64,000 nt of DNA from Eledone cirrhosa (GCA_964016885.1 OZ024744.1:48980001-49044000), one strand, 5' to 3'. Shown: positions 41,301 through 55,728, numbered from the stretch's first letter. Notes: a model not told the origin generated them from the letters alone. A program made the numbers and translations.

Positions 41301-42410
41301 ATGTCAACAACAAGAAGTTCCTCAATGTCAACAAGAACTATTTCCTCAATGTCAACAAGAACCAGTTCCTCAATGCCAACAAGAACTAGTTCCTCAATGT
41401 CAACAAGAACCAGTTCCTCAATGTCATCAATAACTACGTCTGCAATGTCAATAAAAACTAAGTCCTCAGTGTCAACAAGAAGCAGTTCCTCAATATCATC
41501 AAGAACCAGTTCCTCAATGTGAACTAGAACCAGTTCCTCAATGTCAACAAGAACCAGTTACACAATGTCAGCAAGAACTAGTTCCTCAATGTCAACAAAG
41601 TGTAAGTTCCTCAATGTCAACAAGAACAAAGTCCTCAATATCAACAAGAACTAAGTCATCATTGTCAACAAGAATTAGGTCCTCAATGTCAACAAAAACT
41701 AGTTCCTCAATGTCAACAAGAATTAGTTCCTCAATGTCAACAAGTACCAGTTCCTCAATGTCAACAAGAACTAGTTCCTCAATGTCAACAACAACTAGTT
41801 CCATAGTGTCAACAAAAACTAGTTCCTCAATATCAACAAAAATAAATTCCTCAATGTCAACAAGAACAAGTTCCTCGATGTGAACAAGAACTAAGTCCTC
41901 AATGTCGACAAGAACTAGGTCCTCAATATCAACAAGAACTATTTACTCAATGTCAACAAGAACTAGTTCCTCAATGTCAACAAGAACCAGTTCCTCAATG
42001 TCAACAAGAACTAGTTCCTCAATGTCAACAACAACTAGTTCCACGGTGTTTGCAATGTCAATATAACTCTGTCCTCAATGTCAACAAGAAGCAGTTCTTC
42101 AATATCAACAAGAACCAGTTCCTCAATATGAACTAAAACCAGTTCCTCAATGTCAACAAGAACTAGTTCCTCAATGTCAACAAGAAGCAGTTCCTCAATG
42201 TCAACAATAACTATGTTCGCAATGTCAATATAACTCTGTCCTCAATGTCAACAAGAAGCAATTCTTCAATATCAACAAGAACCAGTTCCTCAATATGAAC
42301 TAAAACCAGTTCCTCAATGTCAACAAGAACTAGTTCCTCAATGTCAACAAGAAGCAGTTCCTCAATGTCAACAAAAACTAGATCCTCAATGTCACAAGGG
42401 CTAATTCCTT
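26339..42410. repeat. ~16 kb tandem array of a 24-bp unit (AGTTCCTCAATGTCAACAAGAACY) with 18-bp variants and higher-order duplications
   Basis: Directly visible, roughly 670 units by length. Translates as SSSMSTRT, CQQEPVPQ or VNKNQFLN (+) and VDIEELVL (-), with frequent stops and frameshifts. Confidence 0.97.
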
Positions 42411-42429
42411 AATAGTGGTGGGACAGCAC

Positions 42430-43465
42430 TTTAAATTAATTCCATGATAAATCCTACACAAACCCTGGGTGTTTCTGTTGCTTCATGGGTATTGTAGCTG
42501 CCTGCTCACAGTTTTATTCCTTAGAAATGCTGTCATAGTCAACCTATACAACCTCATCAGTCACATCACTCTCATCCAGTTTTCCTAAAGCATACTAGAA
42601 GTCTCCACCTCTCTCACTACTCTCAAGTACCCCTTCTAGTGGAATTTAAAGAAGTTGATGAAGGGTTTGGTTTATGAGAGCATGCAGGATGGTTTTGTAG
42701 CCCTGTATGCCTCTCAGAGAGGTTTTGCTGTTGGCACTTCTGAAGCTGTAGAGCTTGTCTTGAACATGTAATGTCTCTGTAGCACTGGCTGGCCAATGAT
42801 TATTGAAAATTGTTTGTAAGCCCCGATACGAAAGTCCTCCAGATGAGCCTGTTCAGGCTGTCCCCATTAAAGACCATAGTGGTTCCCAGACCATCACCAC
42901 TCATATCTTCCACAAATATTCTGTAGAATGCAACTGTTATTTTCTGGTTGACTATCACGCTGGAAAAGTGGCATGAGTACTTGTCAGTGTTCTAGATACC
43001 AGTGGCCCAACTTGTTCTGTGATTGACCCAGGACTGTAGCTTGATTAAGAAGATGAGCTACGGAAAGACATGTTGCACAAAAGAGGACCACACTGGTTGG
43101 GGTTCACTTTTGTTGTCATATTATTGCTGTTGTTGGGGTAATTCAATGGGTGTGTTAGCAGCAGCATATGTCTGCACATCAATAGTGTTGGCAACCTGAG
43201 GCTACCATGGAGTAGTTGTTGGTAGCAAGCAGTGGAAAATTATGCATTCCAGTCTTGTTGAGTGTTTTGGGGTCATGGTATGGCTGTTGAGTGGTAGTGT
43301 ACCACCAAAGTAATGTAAGTGTTGGCCACCTTTGCCTGACCTTTGAGGGACAGAGGTCTCTCTGCTTGTTTCTGAGTGTGTTTGGTTACCTTGTTCATGA
43401 TATCTTCCCAGTTCATATTTACCTGGAGGTTTGATCTAAACCAGACTCCAAGCAGTTTCAACCAG
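42430..43465 (-). mobile_element. Old decayed Tx1/L1 ORF2 3' fragment
   Basis: KLLGVWFRSNLQVNMNWEDIMNKVTKHTQKQAERPLSLKGQAKVANTYI aligns with KLLGVWFGPDLQTDKNWDEVTSRV...AERKLSLKGRAEVANAYI of ORF 7961-11380. The left boundary is approximate. Confidence 0.75.
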
Positions 43466-43787
43466 GTTGTCAGAATGATGGTCATGATGATCATGATTAT
43501 CATGATAATGATAATAATGATTATGGTGATGATGCTGATGATGATGATCATCATCATCATCATCATTTTACGTCCGCTTTTCCCTGCTTGCAAGGGTGGG
43601 ACGGGTCTTATTCAGCAGATAATGATAATAATAGTTCTTTCTAATATTGGCACAAGGGGAAGAAGAAAGTCAATTATATTGATCACAAGACTTGACTGGT
43701 ACTTCATTTTATCAAACTCAGGGGGACGAAAGGCAGAGTTGAACTCAGAATATAAAGAGCCAAAACAAATACTGCTAAGCAAAGCCC

Positions 43788-44879
43788 TACCACTACCACT
43801 AACACCACCACCACCACCACCACCACCACAACCACCACCACCACAACCACCACCAGCACCACCACCACCACCACCAGTACCACCACCACCACCACCACCA
43901 GACCACCACCACCACCACCACCACCACCAGCACCACCACCACCAAACCACCACCACCACAACCACCACCACCACAACCACCACCACCACCAGACCACCAC
44001 CACCACAACCACCACCACCACAACCACCACCACCACCACCACCACCACCAGCACCACCACTACCACCACCACCACCACTAGCACCAGCACCAGCACCACT
44101 ACCACTACTACCAGCACCACCACTACCCCCACCACCACCACCACCACCACCACCACCACCACCACTGCCACCAGCACCACCAGCACCACCACCAGCACCA
44201 CTACCACTACTACCAGCACCACCACCATCACCTCCACCAGCACCACCAGCACCTCCACCAGCACCACCACTACCACCACCACCACCACCACCACCACCAC
44301 CAGCATCACCACCACCACCACCACCACCACCACTATCACCAGCACCAGCACCACTACCACTACTACCAGCATCACCACTACCACCACCACCACCACCACC
44401 ACCACCACCACCACCACCACCACCACCACCACCACTACCACCACCACTGCCACCAGCACCACCAGCACTACCACCACCACCACCACCACCACCACCACCA
44501 CCACTACCACCAGACCACCACCACCACCCCCACCAACCCCACCCCCACCACCACCACCGCCACCACCACTACCACCACCACCACCACCACCACCACCACC
44601 ACCACCACCACCACCAGCACCACCACCACCACCACCACTACCACCACCACCACCACTAGCACCAGCACCAGCACCACTACCACTACTACCAGCACCACCA
44701 CTACCCCCACCACCACCACCACCACCACCACTACCACCACCACTGCCACCAGCACCACCAGCACCACCACCAGCACCACTACCACTACTACCAGCACCAC
44801 CACTACCACCACCACCACCACCACCACCACCACCACCACCACCACCACCACCACTACCACCACCACTGCCACCAGCACC

Positions 44880-44910
<31 letters not shown>

Positions 44911-45488
44911 CCACCACCACCACCACCAGCACTACCACCACCACCACCACCACCACCACCACCACCACTACCACCAGACCACCACCCCCACCACCACCAC
45001 CGCCACCACCACCACCGCCACCACCACTACCACCACCACCACCACCACCACCACCACCACCACCAGCACCACCACCACCACCACCACTACCACCACCACC
45101 ACCACTAGCACCAGCACCAGCACCACTACCATTACTACCAGCATCACCACTACCACCACCACCACCACCACCACCACTACCACCACCACTGCCACTCCCG
45201 CCACCACTGCCACCAGCACCACCAGCACCACCACCAGCACCACTACCACTACTACCAGCACCACCAGCACCACCACCACCACCACTACCACCACCACTGC
45301 CACCACCACTGCCACCACCACTGCCACCAGCACTACACCCCCCCCCCCCACACTACCCCCCCCCCCCCCACCCCCACCCCCCCACCACCACCACCGCCAC
45401 CATCACCACCAGCACCACCAGCACCACCACCACCACCACCACCATCAGCACCACCACCATCACCTCCACCAGCACCACCAGCACCTCC

Positions 45489-45519
<31 letters not shown>

Positions 45520-45590
45520 CCAGCACCACCACCACCACCACTACCACCACCACCACCACTAGCACCAGCACCAGCACCACTACCACTACT

Positions 45591-45621
<31 letters not shown>

Positions 45622-45656
45622 CCACCACCACTACCACCACCACTGCCACCAGCACC

Positions 45657-45687
<31 letters not shown>

Positions 45688-45751
45688 CCACCACCACCAG
45701 ACCATCACCACCACCACCACCACCATCACCGCCACCATCACCACCAGCACC

Positions 45752-45782
<31 letters not shown>

Positions 45783-46172
45783 CCACCACCACTACCACCA
45801 GACCATCACCACCACCACCATCACCGCCACCATCACCACCACCACCACCAGCACCACCACCACCACCACTACCACCAGACCACCACCACCACCACCACCA
45901 GACCACCACCACCACCACCAGCACCACCAGCACCACCACCACCACCATCAGCACCACCACCACCAGCACCACCACCATCACCACCACCACCATCACCTCC
46001 ACCAGCACCACCACCACCAGCACCACCACCATCACCACCACCACCACCACCATCACCATCACCAGCACCACCACCACCAGCACCAGCAGCAGCAGCAGCA
46101 CCACCACCACCACTACCACCTCCACCACTGCCACCGGCCCCACTGCCGTCGTCATCATCTTCATCATCATCA
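43788..46172. repeat. ~2.4 kb degenerate (CCA)n tract
   Basis: Directly visible. The poly-Pro/His/Thr/Val ORFs switch frames repeatedly. Confidence 0.95.
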
Positions 46173-46414
46173 ATTAAGATCTATTTTTACACGATTGCAG
46201 TCCTAACAATAGTGATTTCTAATTCAGACACAAGGTCAATAATTTGTGGGGATGGGAAAGTTAGTTATATTGACACCAGTACATGACTGGTACTTTATTT
46301 TATCAACCCCCAGAAGAATGAAAGACAAAGTTGACTTTAGCAAGATTTGAAGTCAGAAAGTATAGAGCCAAAATAAATACTGCTCTACATTTAGGCAGAA
46401 GACTAGCTATTTAA

Positions 46415-46635
46415 CCCTTTAGCATTCACATTACTCTGTATTTACTATTGTATTTTCATGGTAAGGGCTTTACCTCACATAATTATCTCACATAATATCA
46501 AATCTATGAGATTTTGATATTATTTATTTTGAGAACAATACCTTAACATCAGTATGAGCAGCTGGTTATGGCCAGTTTAAACAGATAAAGGTGAGAAAAT
46601 TCTGGCCAGATATGGCCGGTTTAAATGATAAAGGG
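46415..46635. mobile_element. piggyBac-type MITE
   Basis: TTAA|CCCTTTAGCATT ... AATGATAAAGGG|TTAA: TIR matching 11 of 12 bases and a TTAA duplication. Confidence 0.8.
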
Positions 46636-46639
46636 TTAA

Positions 46640-46822
46640 AGGGAAGGGAAAAGTCAATTAAGTCCATCTCCAGTGTGTTACTGGTACTTTATTTTATCAA
46701 CCTGTAAAGATGAAAGACAAATCTAAACTCAACTGGATTTGAACTCTGGATGTAAGGAGCCGTAACTGTGTGCCACAAAACTTAGTGTCTGACACGCTAC
46801 CGATTATGCCAATCCACCGCCT
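46640..46822 (-). mobile_element. Second tRNA-SINE family; other copies at ~43640-43785, 46210-46390, 51640-51800, 63315-63478 (-) and ~24765-24815, 61875-61950 (+)
   Basis: Shared CTGGTACTTTATTTTATCGACCCC..AAGGATGAAAGGCAAAGTT..CCTC..GGATTTGAACTC motif, which includes a reversed B box. Confidence 0.7.
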
Positions 46823-47073
46823 GCTATGTAATAATAATAAATATTTCTTTATTAATTATGTTTTTGCAAGCCAAAACAACCTAGACAGGATACAGGAAGC
46901 TAAGCTGATGGAGACAAACAGACAGACACACAGACACACACTCACATACAAGGACACACAGACACACACTCACACACAAGGACACACAGACATATGCACA
47001 TGCACACATGTGCACACACATACAGACAGATAAATAGATAGATAGACTGATAGATTGATAAATGGTCAGATCT

Positions 47074-47126
<53 letters not shown>

Positions 47127-47344
47127 CAGGCACACACACAGACTAACAGACAGACAGACAGGCATATTGGTAGACCAAAGAGAGAGAGAGAGAGAGCAAG
47201 AGAGAGAGAGAGCTCTTATAGGAGCTTGAGAAGTTGACAGATTAATTACAGAAAGTCATGTGATGGATTAAGGCCCAGGAGGGAGGCTGATGTTGTTATA
47301 ATAACAGGTTTGTATGTAAGTGTGCATGTGTATATATGTGTGTA

Positions 47345-47415
<71 letters not shown>

Positions 47416-47919
47416 GTATGTATTATGTATATATATATATATATGTATATACATACATGTAATATATATATAGAGAGAGATATAGATATATATGGTATAT
47501 ATATTATTGACAGTATATATACTATATATTATATACACACACACATCATCATCACCATCATTATCATCATTGTGAAATGGCTGTTTTGCCTGCTACCGAG
47601 GTTCCCCCACCCTACCCCCTTGTCATCACAAACCAAATATATCATCATCACCACCATGTCTATTTTCCATGTTTGTATGGATTAGACAGTTTGTAGCTTT
47701 GCATGGTAAGACAGGTCAGGTGACCATGTCTTGTTCATACATTCCATTTTTCAGCTTAGTTATCTATGGCTGGATGCCCTTCCTATCGCCAACCACTTTA
47801 AAGAATGTATTTGGAGCATATTATCAAGGTACTGCCACTGCCACTTTGCTGAGTGAACTGGGTGATTTTTATCATGGCGCCTGCACTTAGTACACACACA
47901 TGCACAAACGTATTTGTCA

Positions 47920-48566
47920 AAATACATGAAAGAAATGTAGCATGTATGCTTCGATGGATGTGTAATAGTAAGGATTCATGAACAGAGAAGCATCAAACTG
48001 GGTATTAAAGAGGTCAGATACATTGTAGAGGATAGGAAACTGCAGTGGTATAGACATGTGATGTATTTGTGAGATGACAGCTGCATAAAGAAGTATGAGA
48101 CACTCAGAGTTGATGGAAACTATAGAAGAGGAAGACCTAGGAAAGCTTGGAATTATGTGGTAAAAATCTGACCCCATGTAATTAAACATCATGATGGAGA
48201 TGACACAGAATAGAGTTGACTAGCGATTTGACATACTATGGAGGACTTGTCTTCTCACATGTCATACTATCATAAAATGCTTAGTTAGAATATATGAACA
48301 AGATATGCAAACATGCAAGCAAAATAGATGTAAAACAGATGTGATGACAATGGTTATGATGATGATGATGATGATGATGATAATGGTGGTGCTGCAAAAA
48401 TAGCCACCAGTAAGGACTTTAATGTGGTTGATGCTAGAAAGAGCATCTAACCAGAGCAAACCCAACCAAAAACAGAATTTCTGAACAAGAAACGACCACA
48501 TGACAGGTCTAGCATCATGATGTTTGGAGAATAAATGTTAAAGTGTGATGATGATGATGATGATGA
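47920..48566 (+). mobile_element. Highly decayed RTE 3' fragment(s)
   Basis: GAAAGAAATGTAGCATGTATGCTTCGATGGATGTGTAATAGT and GATGACAGCTGCATAAAG match the RTE C-terminus. (GAT)n tails are present. Confidence 0.6.
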
Positions 48567-48574
48567 TATATATA

Positions 48575-48918
48575 CGGTGTACCCCTGGCATCTGTGGTAT
48601 CCCGGCATTCGTGGTCCTGGTTATTCGCGGAATTTTCCTTAGGACATAACTAATAAAATAATTGTTCACGGAAACCACCCCACATTCGTGGAATCGTAAA
48701 TATCTTCCACAATTTTGTTAATGTTTTTTTTCGTGGCAATATATATTTTTTCACCCTTTTTAACGCTAAATTATTAATAACAATATACCGTATGTACCGG
48801 CCTATATTTTACATAAGGTTTTAACATTTATAGGCATTTTTATGGACCACGTTTGCGGTTTTTCACTCTTCTTGGGTGCTCTAGGGACATAACCCTCACG
48901 AATACCAGAGGACAACTG
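48575..48918. mobile_element. Tc1/pogo(Tigger)-type MITE
   Basis: TA|CGGTGTACCCCTGGCATCTGTGG ... CCTCACGAATACCAGAGGACAACTG|TA: imperfect TIRs with TA flanks. Confidence 0.65.
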
Positions 48919-49005
48919 TATATATATGTGTGTGTATATATATATATATAAAATTGAAAAAGTGAAGAATAACATGGTCAACAGTACAAAAAAGGGGATT
49001 TATTT

Positions 49006-49117
49006 ACAGTCTAACAATTGTTTCTCTGATTAAGTTGTCTAAAATTTGCTGAACACTAGAAGCAGTGCCACTCAATTTCAAATACGATGTTAGCTCAATC
49101 AGAACATCAGAAACTGT
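49006..49117 (-). ncRNA. Type I hammerhead-like ribozyme with extended stem II and an A9U core variant
   Basis: Minus strand reads ACAGTTT-CTGATGT-TCTGATTGAG...CTTAATCAGA-GAAA-CAATTG-TT-AGACTGT. Stems I (7 bp) and II (10 bp) pair and stem III is palindromic. Confidence 0.75.
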
Positions 49118-49143
49118 TACAAAAAATATCTTTTGTTATCCCT

Positions 49144-50167
<1,024 letters not shown>

Positions 50168-50974
50168 TATATGCATACATATAATATATGTGTGTGTGTG
50201 TGTATATCATCTGTGAAATGTACATTACAGGTTGATAATCAATAAAAACATGTAAACAAAACTTCATCATTTTTTTCATATATACACCCTGTCTGGGCCT
50301 CAAGTGCTCATATTAGTACCACCACTAATAATTCACTGAATCACATACACTATATATATCATCATCATCACCTTTTAACGTCCATTTTCCAATGCTAGCA
50401 TGGGTTAGACAAGCCAGATCAGATGACCATGTCTTGCTCATACAGAATTGTTTCTGGCTTGGCTTCTATGGCTGGATGCCCTTCCTAATGCCAACCACTT
50501 TACAGTGTGGGCTGGACACTTTTTGTCAAGTCACCTACAAGACCACTTTATAGAGTGGGGTGGTTTTTTTTGTCATTTCACCTACACAACCACTTTACAG
50601 TGTGAGCTGGGTGCTTTTTGTTGTGTCACCTTCTCAACCACTTTACAGTTTGGACTGGGATGGGGAAGGTACGTGGTGATTGGTGAGGTAGATCTAAAGT
50701 GGAGCACTTATCTGGTGAAGGGTGGAAGTGTAGGGACATGGATGAAGGGTGGGGAGTTAGAACATAGGAGGTGTATGGAGGGGGAGGCAGGGACATGGAT
50801 GAAAAGAGAGTATATGGAAGGGATATATATATATATATAGATATAGATATATATATATATAGGTAAGAAGTAAAATTGGAAAAGGACGGGTATATTTAAA
50901 GACTGTGTTTTTTATTTAATCCCACAGAATTAATATTTTTATAATTGTTACATTAAATGAATTTAAGTTTTATC

Positions 50975-51018
50975 AAGTATAAGCAGTTTCGATTGATATG
51001 TCAATCTTATCAAATATT
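50975..51018 (-). ncRNA. Degenerate/variant hammerhead (U3-A8 core)
   Basis: Minus strand reads AATAT-TTGATAA-GATTGA(CATA)TCAATC-GAAA-CTGC-TT-ATACTT. Stem II is perfect; stems I and III are imperfect. Confidence 0.5.
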
Positions 51019-51399
51019 AAAATAGTTTGTTCTCATATTCTGTGGGCAGTTAAAATATGTGTGAATTTTCTGTTTCTATATGTATACAAACGTACAGTAG
51101 TATGTATATATATATACATACATGCACACATACATATATGTACGTATGGATTCACCAAACATTTATTTAAACACACCAAGCATTATAATAACTGTTCAGT
51201 GAAAAAAGTGTGGATGTGAGGAAACACTCTATACTGATCACGTTATATAAGGAAAATGATTAAAAGAAAAAAAAAGAGTTTGAAAAGGACACCTGGTATA
51301 TATATAAAGGATCTTTATAACATGAACAAAAATTGATGTTTAGCAAAGCTTGCTTTCTCTGTATTGGACTATCAAAACATTTGTTATTAGGTTAAATTA

Positions 51400-51975
51400 T
51401 TTTTTTCTTGTTAAAACTTCTGCATGCTGATTCTCAACCAATGTGATCAAGAAGGAAAGAAGATTGGGTCTTGATCCCATCAGAGATGTGGCCTTGTTCA
51501 ATATGTAGAAAAGGAATTGATATAAACTCTTTATGATGTACACAATGCAATTCTTGGGTACACAAGGGGTGTAGTGGGATAACAGGCATACTAACAGGAA
51601 AAGAAGACTTTGTATGTCCAGGGACAATTGATAGTGGGAGTGCAATTATCCAGTGTATTACTGGTACTTTATTTTATCGACCCCGTAAGGATGAAAGGAA
51701 AAGTTAACCTCGGCGGGATTTGAACTCAGAATGGCAAGGGCCGTAACTCTATGCGTCAAAGCATGGCGTCCGACCCTCTACCGATACTGCCAATCCAAAT
51801 AATATAAACCTTTCCCAATCCCAGAAAGGATCCATAGAAGTGGTTGATAGTTTCTGCTACTTAGGTGATATTATTAGCACTGGAGGAGGGTGCTCGGAGA
51901 GTATAGTAGCTAGAATAAGAAGAGGATGGAAAAAAGTAGCTACTACTTCTGTTGATAACAAAAGATTTCTTTCTA
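51400..51975 (+). mobile_element. Decayed RTE PHD/thumb fragment split by a SINE (51640-51800)
   Basis: WPCSICRKGID.NSL*CTQCNSWVHKGCSGITG, resuming as VDSFCYLGDIISTGGGCSES after the SINE. Confidence 0.75.
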
Positions 51976-52489
51976 CAAACAGACACTCATGCTTACACAC
52001 ACACACACACACATATATATATATTTATTAAAATAACAGATTAAAGTTTAAGCAAAGAATCGCTGCTTTCACCCTTAACAGGATCTTTAAATACATATTT
52101 GTTCTAGGGTTCTTATATATTTGATATATATTTATCCTTATCGAGCCTTCTTTGGATTTTAGTCTTCACATTTATTATTATCACTATATATACGCCCTTG
52201 CATATAGAATTATAATAAACCATATGACTACATGACAATTACATGATGATGATGATGATGAGGAGGAGGAGGAGGAGGGGGGAGGAGGAGGAGGAGGAGG
52301 AGGAGGAGGAGGAGGAGACAGAATGAAGTTTACAAAGGAAAACTTGCAGATTCAAGTGTCTTCATATAAAATGTTGTAATCAAAGAATTATTAAATTACA
52401 TGAACAGGATTGACATGTGCAGCCGGCTTGGAAGTGGTATCATGACTGGCGGGTGTAAAATCAGTCGGCTGGAATTTGCAGACAAAATG

Positions 52490-53353
52490 GTTGATCTTGG
52501 ACTTACACTTGTTTAGGTTTGATGCCATGTGTTGCATGGCTGGAATGAAAATCAGTGCTGCGGAAACTGAGACACTTGTCCTCTCAAAGGAGCCAACACA
52601 GTGCACGCTACATGTGAATGGAGTTCCTCTGAAGCAGGTGGATAAGTTCAAGCATCTTGGGACCATGTTCAGGAGTGATGGAAGGCAGGAGGCTGAATTA
52701 AGTACAAGAATTGCAGTAATGCGCCAACTTCAGCATTTGGTAATCAAAAGAAGGGAGATAGGTGTCAAAGCCAAACTCGCTATCTTCAATTCAGTATTTA
52801 TGTCAACCCCTACCTATGGTCATGATTCTTGGGTAATGAACAAAAGAATTGATCATGAATACAAGTGATCGGAATGGGGTTCCTCTGAAGGATCTTTGGA
52901 GTAGTGTTACTTGAGAGAGTATGTAGCTCAGAGATCAGAGAGTCACTCCAGGTAGAACTGCTACTTCTCTGAATTGAGAGATCATAACTCTGATGCTATG
53001 AGCATGTGGTTAGAATGATTCAGGAAAGAATCGCTGGAAAGGTAGAAGACCCAGGGGTAGACCCGGAGCACTGGAGCAAGATGGTTGGATAACATCCATG
53101 AGCTTGGCTGGTCACGTTTGGGGATCCAGTTGGAATAGTTGGAGACAGTTGCTTCTGACAGGACCTACTGGAAGGAGTGTTTGAGGACTCTTCCCCCATG
53201 ACCCTTTCAGGAGGAGGAGGAGGAGGAGGAGGAGGAGGAGGAGAAGAAGAAGAAGAAGAAGAAGAAGAAGAAGAAGAAGAAGAAGAAGAAGAAGAAGAAG
53301 AAGAAGAAGAAGAAGAAGAAGAAGAAGAAGAAGAAGAAGAAGAAGAAGAAGAA
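52490..53353 (+). mobile_element. Decayed RTE-1/BovB-like LINE 3' fragment (no PHD) with (GGA)n(GAA)n tail
   Basis: AGMKISAAETETLV...LKQVDKFKHLGTMFRSDGRQEAEL...KAKLAIFNSVFMSTPTYGHDSW. Confidence 0.75.
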
Positions 53354-53399
53354 TTATTTTTCTTTTTACTATACACCCTATCTTTTTTGATGGTTACTA

Positions 53400-55296
53400 T
53401 TCCTCATCATCATCATCATCATTGAACATTTGTTTTCCTAGCAAGGGTTGAACAAGTTGCCACAGATCTAGTCAGTACTCATGTTGAGTTACTGACCTCT
53501 TTAGTGGCACCAACACTAGAGATGTTGTCAGTCATTGTCTCAACTGAAGAGCCCTCTCTACCTTATGTGTGGGGATGGGCACTAATATGTTATGGGTGTG
53601 TGGCAAGTGTGTTGGGATGTGGGATTTCCTTAGGTGATAACAGTTACTGAGGAGTTATGACTGGTCTATCAGAGTTTTAAGGGTTGGGTGATCCTAGATA
53701 GAGTTCACATGCAAGCATCATACGGTTTACTCTTCATACTGAAAGAGAAGCCTGTTGTTGTCAGCTCAGGTACCAACTTCCTAAACATCTTCCAGCCTGT
53801 CTATCACACTTTTAAAGCAGCTTCATCCCTCTTGCTGATGATTAAGTCACCTAGGTAACAACCACTATCAACAACCTCTAAAGTGCCTCCCTAGCTGTTG
53901 AGGGAATCTGTTTCACATAGGCTCTTAGTGCTTACTTCTCCTATGGATCTGTCACATACAAAGTATATTTTCTTCATTAACCTACCTGCAACCCCAGTAT
54001 ATCTCTTGTGGATCCATAGATTACACTGTGTACCTTATAGAATTTCTGCTTACACCTTACAAACATATCAAAGAAGGCCACTTCTCTCATGGTATCACCC
54101 TCCTGTCCTCTTTCCTACTTATTAACACTCTCATCTTTGCTAAGTTTACTTTTAGTCCTTTCAACTTCTGGGTTTTCTTCCATACCTGGAATTTTGTCTC
54201 TAAATCTCCCACAGATTCAGCTATAAAGATGAGATCATCAGCATACATGAGTTCTCATGTATGCTCAGTGATGACCTGAAGGACAATGATAAACCGAAGT
54301 CAACTGAGAACAAAAAGACAAGCCTGGATAGATAGGAAGAAAGGGACAGACACAAAGTAATAACTGATTGCGAGAAGAGAGGCTAGGTGCTAGGTATAAC
54401 TAGCAAAGGAAGTTTGCATATGTCGTTTGTCAAATCTGTATTCATTACCAACTCTCACCTTGTTGGTTGCACCTTTATACATGGCGCATGGCCTTCACAA
54501 GCCATTTGTCTAGACCTAGCTTCCTGAGTGCCCACCCATATTACAGAGTAGGGACCTTGTCGGAAACCTTCTCCATTGATTCTGTTCCTAATTAGTTGAG
54601 CTTCTATGCATGATGGAGAATAGAGACCAACAAAAGCATCTAGAGTGGCACCCCAACAACTGGCTGCATCAGTTCCAGGAACATGATATATATATAATCC
54701 TTTCAGCAACCTCAATGACTGGTCCAAGAACTTGATTTTTTTTCTAGCATACTGTAATGCAATCTGAAACACTTGATGCCTTTGATCTTCATGACATAAG
54801 ACATACTATATAAACTTCCCTTGCTAGTTATACCTGGTCTCTCTCTTCTAGATATCTGTCATTACTTTGTGTCTCTCCAGGTTGTCTTTTTGTTTTTATG
54901 ACTTTATCTACCTTATCATTTCACCACCATGTCACCCTCCATCTTGTTGGGATCTTGTTCCAACTGATTCATGTCTTCTAGCAGGTTGTCCTGTAGAAAT
55001 TCCAAATTTTTCTGTTATATGTCTTCATCTCCTCTTTCTTACTGTCATGGGCATCAAGTAGAATTTCTCTGAATTTGCTGCCTGCTAAGGGTTCTTTCAG
55101 CTTCCATGCCTTCTTTCCTTCTTTCTTCAGACTAGTTTTTACTTCTTCGTCCATCTAGCCCTTACTTTAATGTTACTGTCAATTAATCTATGTTAGGAAG
55201 TACATTCTTCACCAGGAAAGAAGGATTTGGCATTTAAAAGCATTCACCTATCGTGTTTCCTGGTGAGAATAAAGTCTAATTGGCTTGTATACTCCC

Positions 55297-55300
<4 letters not shown>
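53400..55300 (-). mobile_element. Patchwork of heavily decayed RTE fragments
   Basis: Minus-strand remnants of ELMYADDLIFIAES (~54220-54255), the WALRKLG/KWLV region (~54500-54560) and the EN-RT linker (~55050-55290). Confidence 0.6.
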
Positions 55301-55347
<47 letters not shown>

Positions 55348-55728
55348 ATGCACTTGTTGAACTCAATTAATTAGAGGGATTAACTAAGCCTATAATACCT
55401 GTTAATTATATATACAGGTAACAAGGAAATTTAAAGAGAGATTACTGAGATATTTCAGGGGATTTGGCGACAGGAGAGGAGGTGCCTAGCTATAATAGAA
55501 GACACTTGCCTAAGGTGTCATAGTTGCTTGTGTGTGTGTGAGTGAGTGATTGACCTTATACATAGAAGATATAGGTTTGGCATATGAATTAAGGAGGGAT
55601 CAAGGCTCCTGAAATTTTGTGATGCAAGTGACCAGATTCTTTGCTGATTTCAAAAAGCTAACCAAACATCTCATCCCCTATCAATCAGGCAATCAATCCA
55701 AATTGATTTTATCCTCACCAGATATTTT

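Noticed and set aside
26339-42410. CRISPR-like array or intact mucin/SPRR-like CDS
   Set aside because: Units are contiguous with no unique spacers and no cas genes, the context is eukaryotic, and no ORF in the track exceeds 342 aa.
43376-44659. 427-aa poly-Pro/His ORF resembling a formin FH1 or extensin
   Set aside because: It is stitched from a Tx1 antisense fragment, (GAT)n, SINE pieces and the (CCA)n tract, and the tract shifts frame repeatedly.
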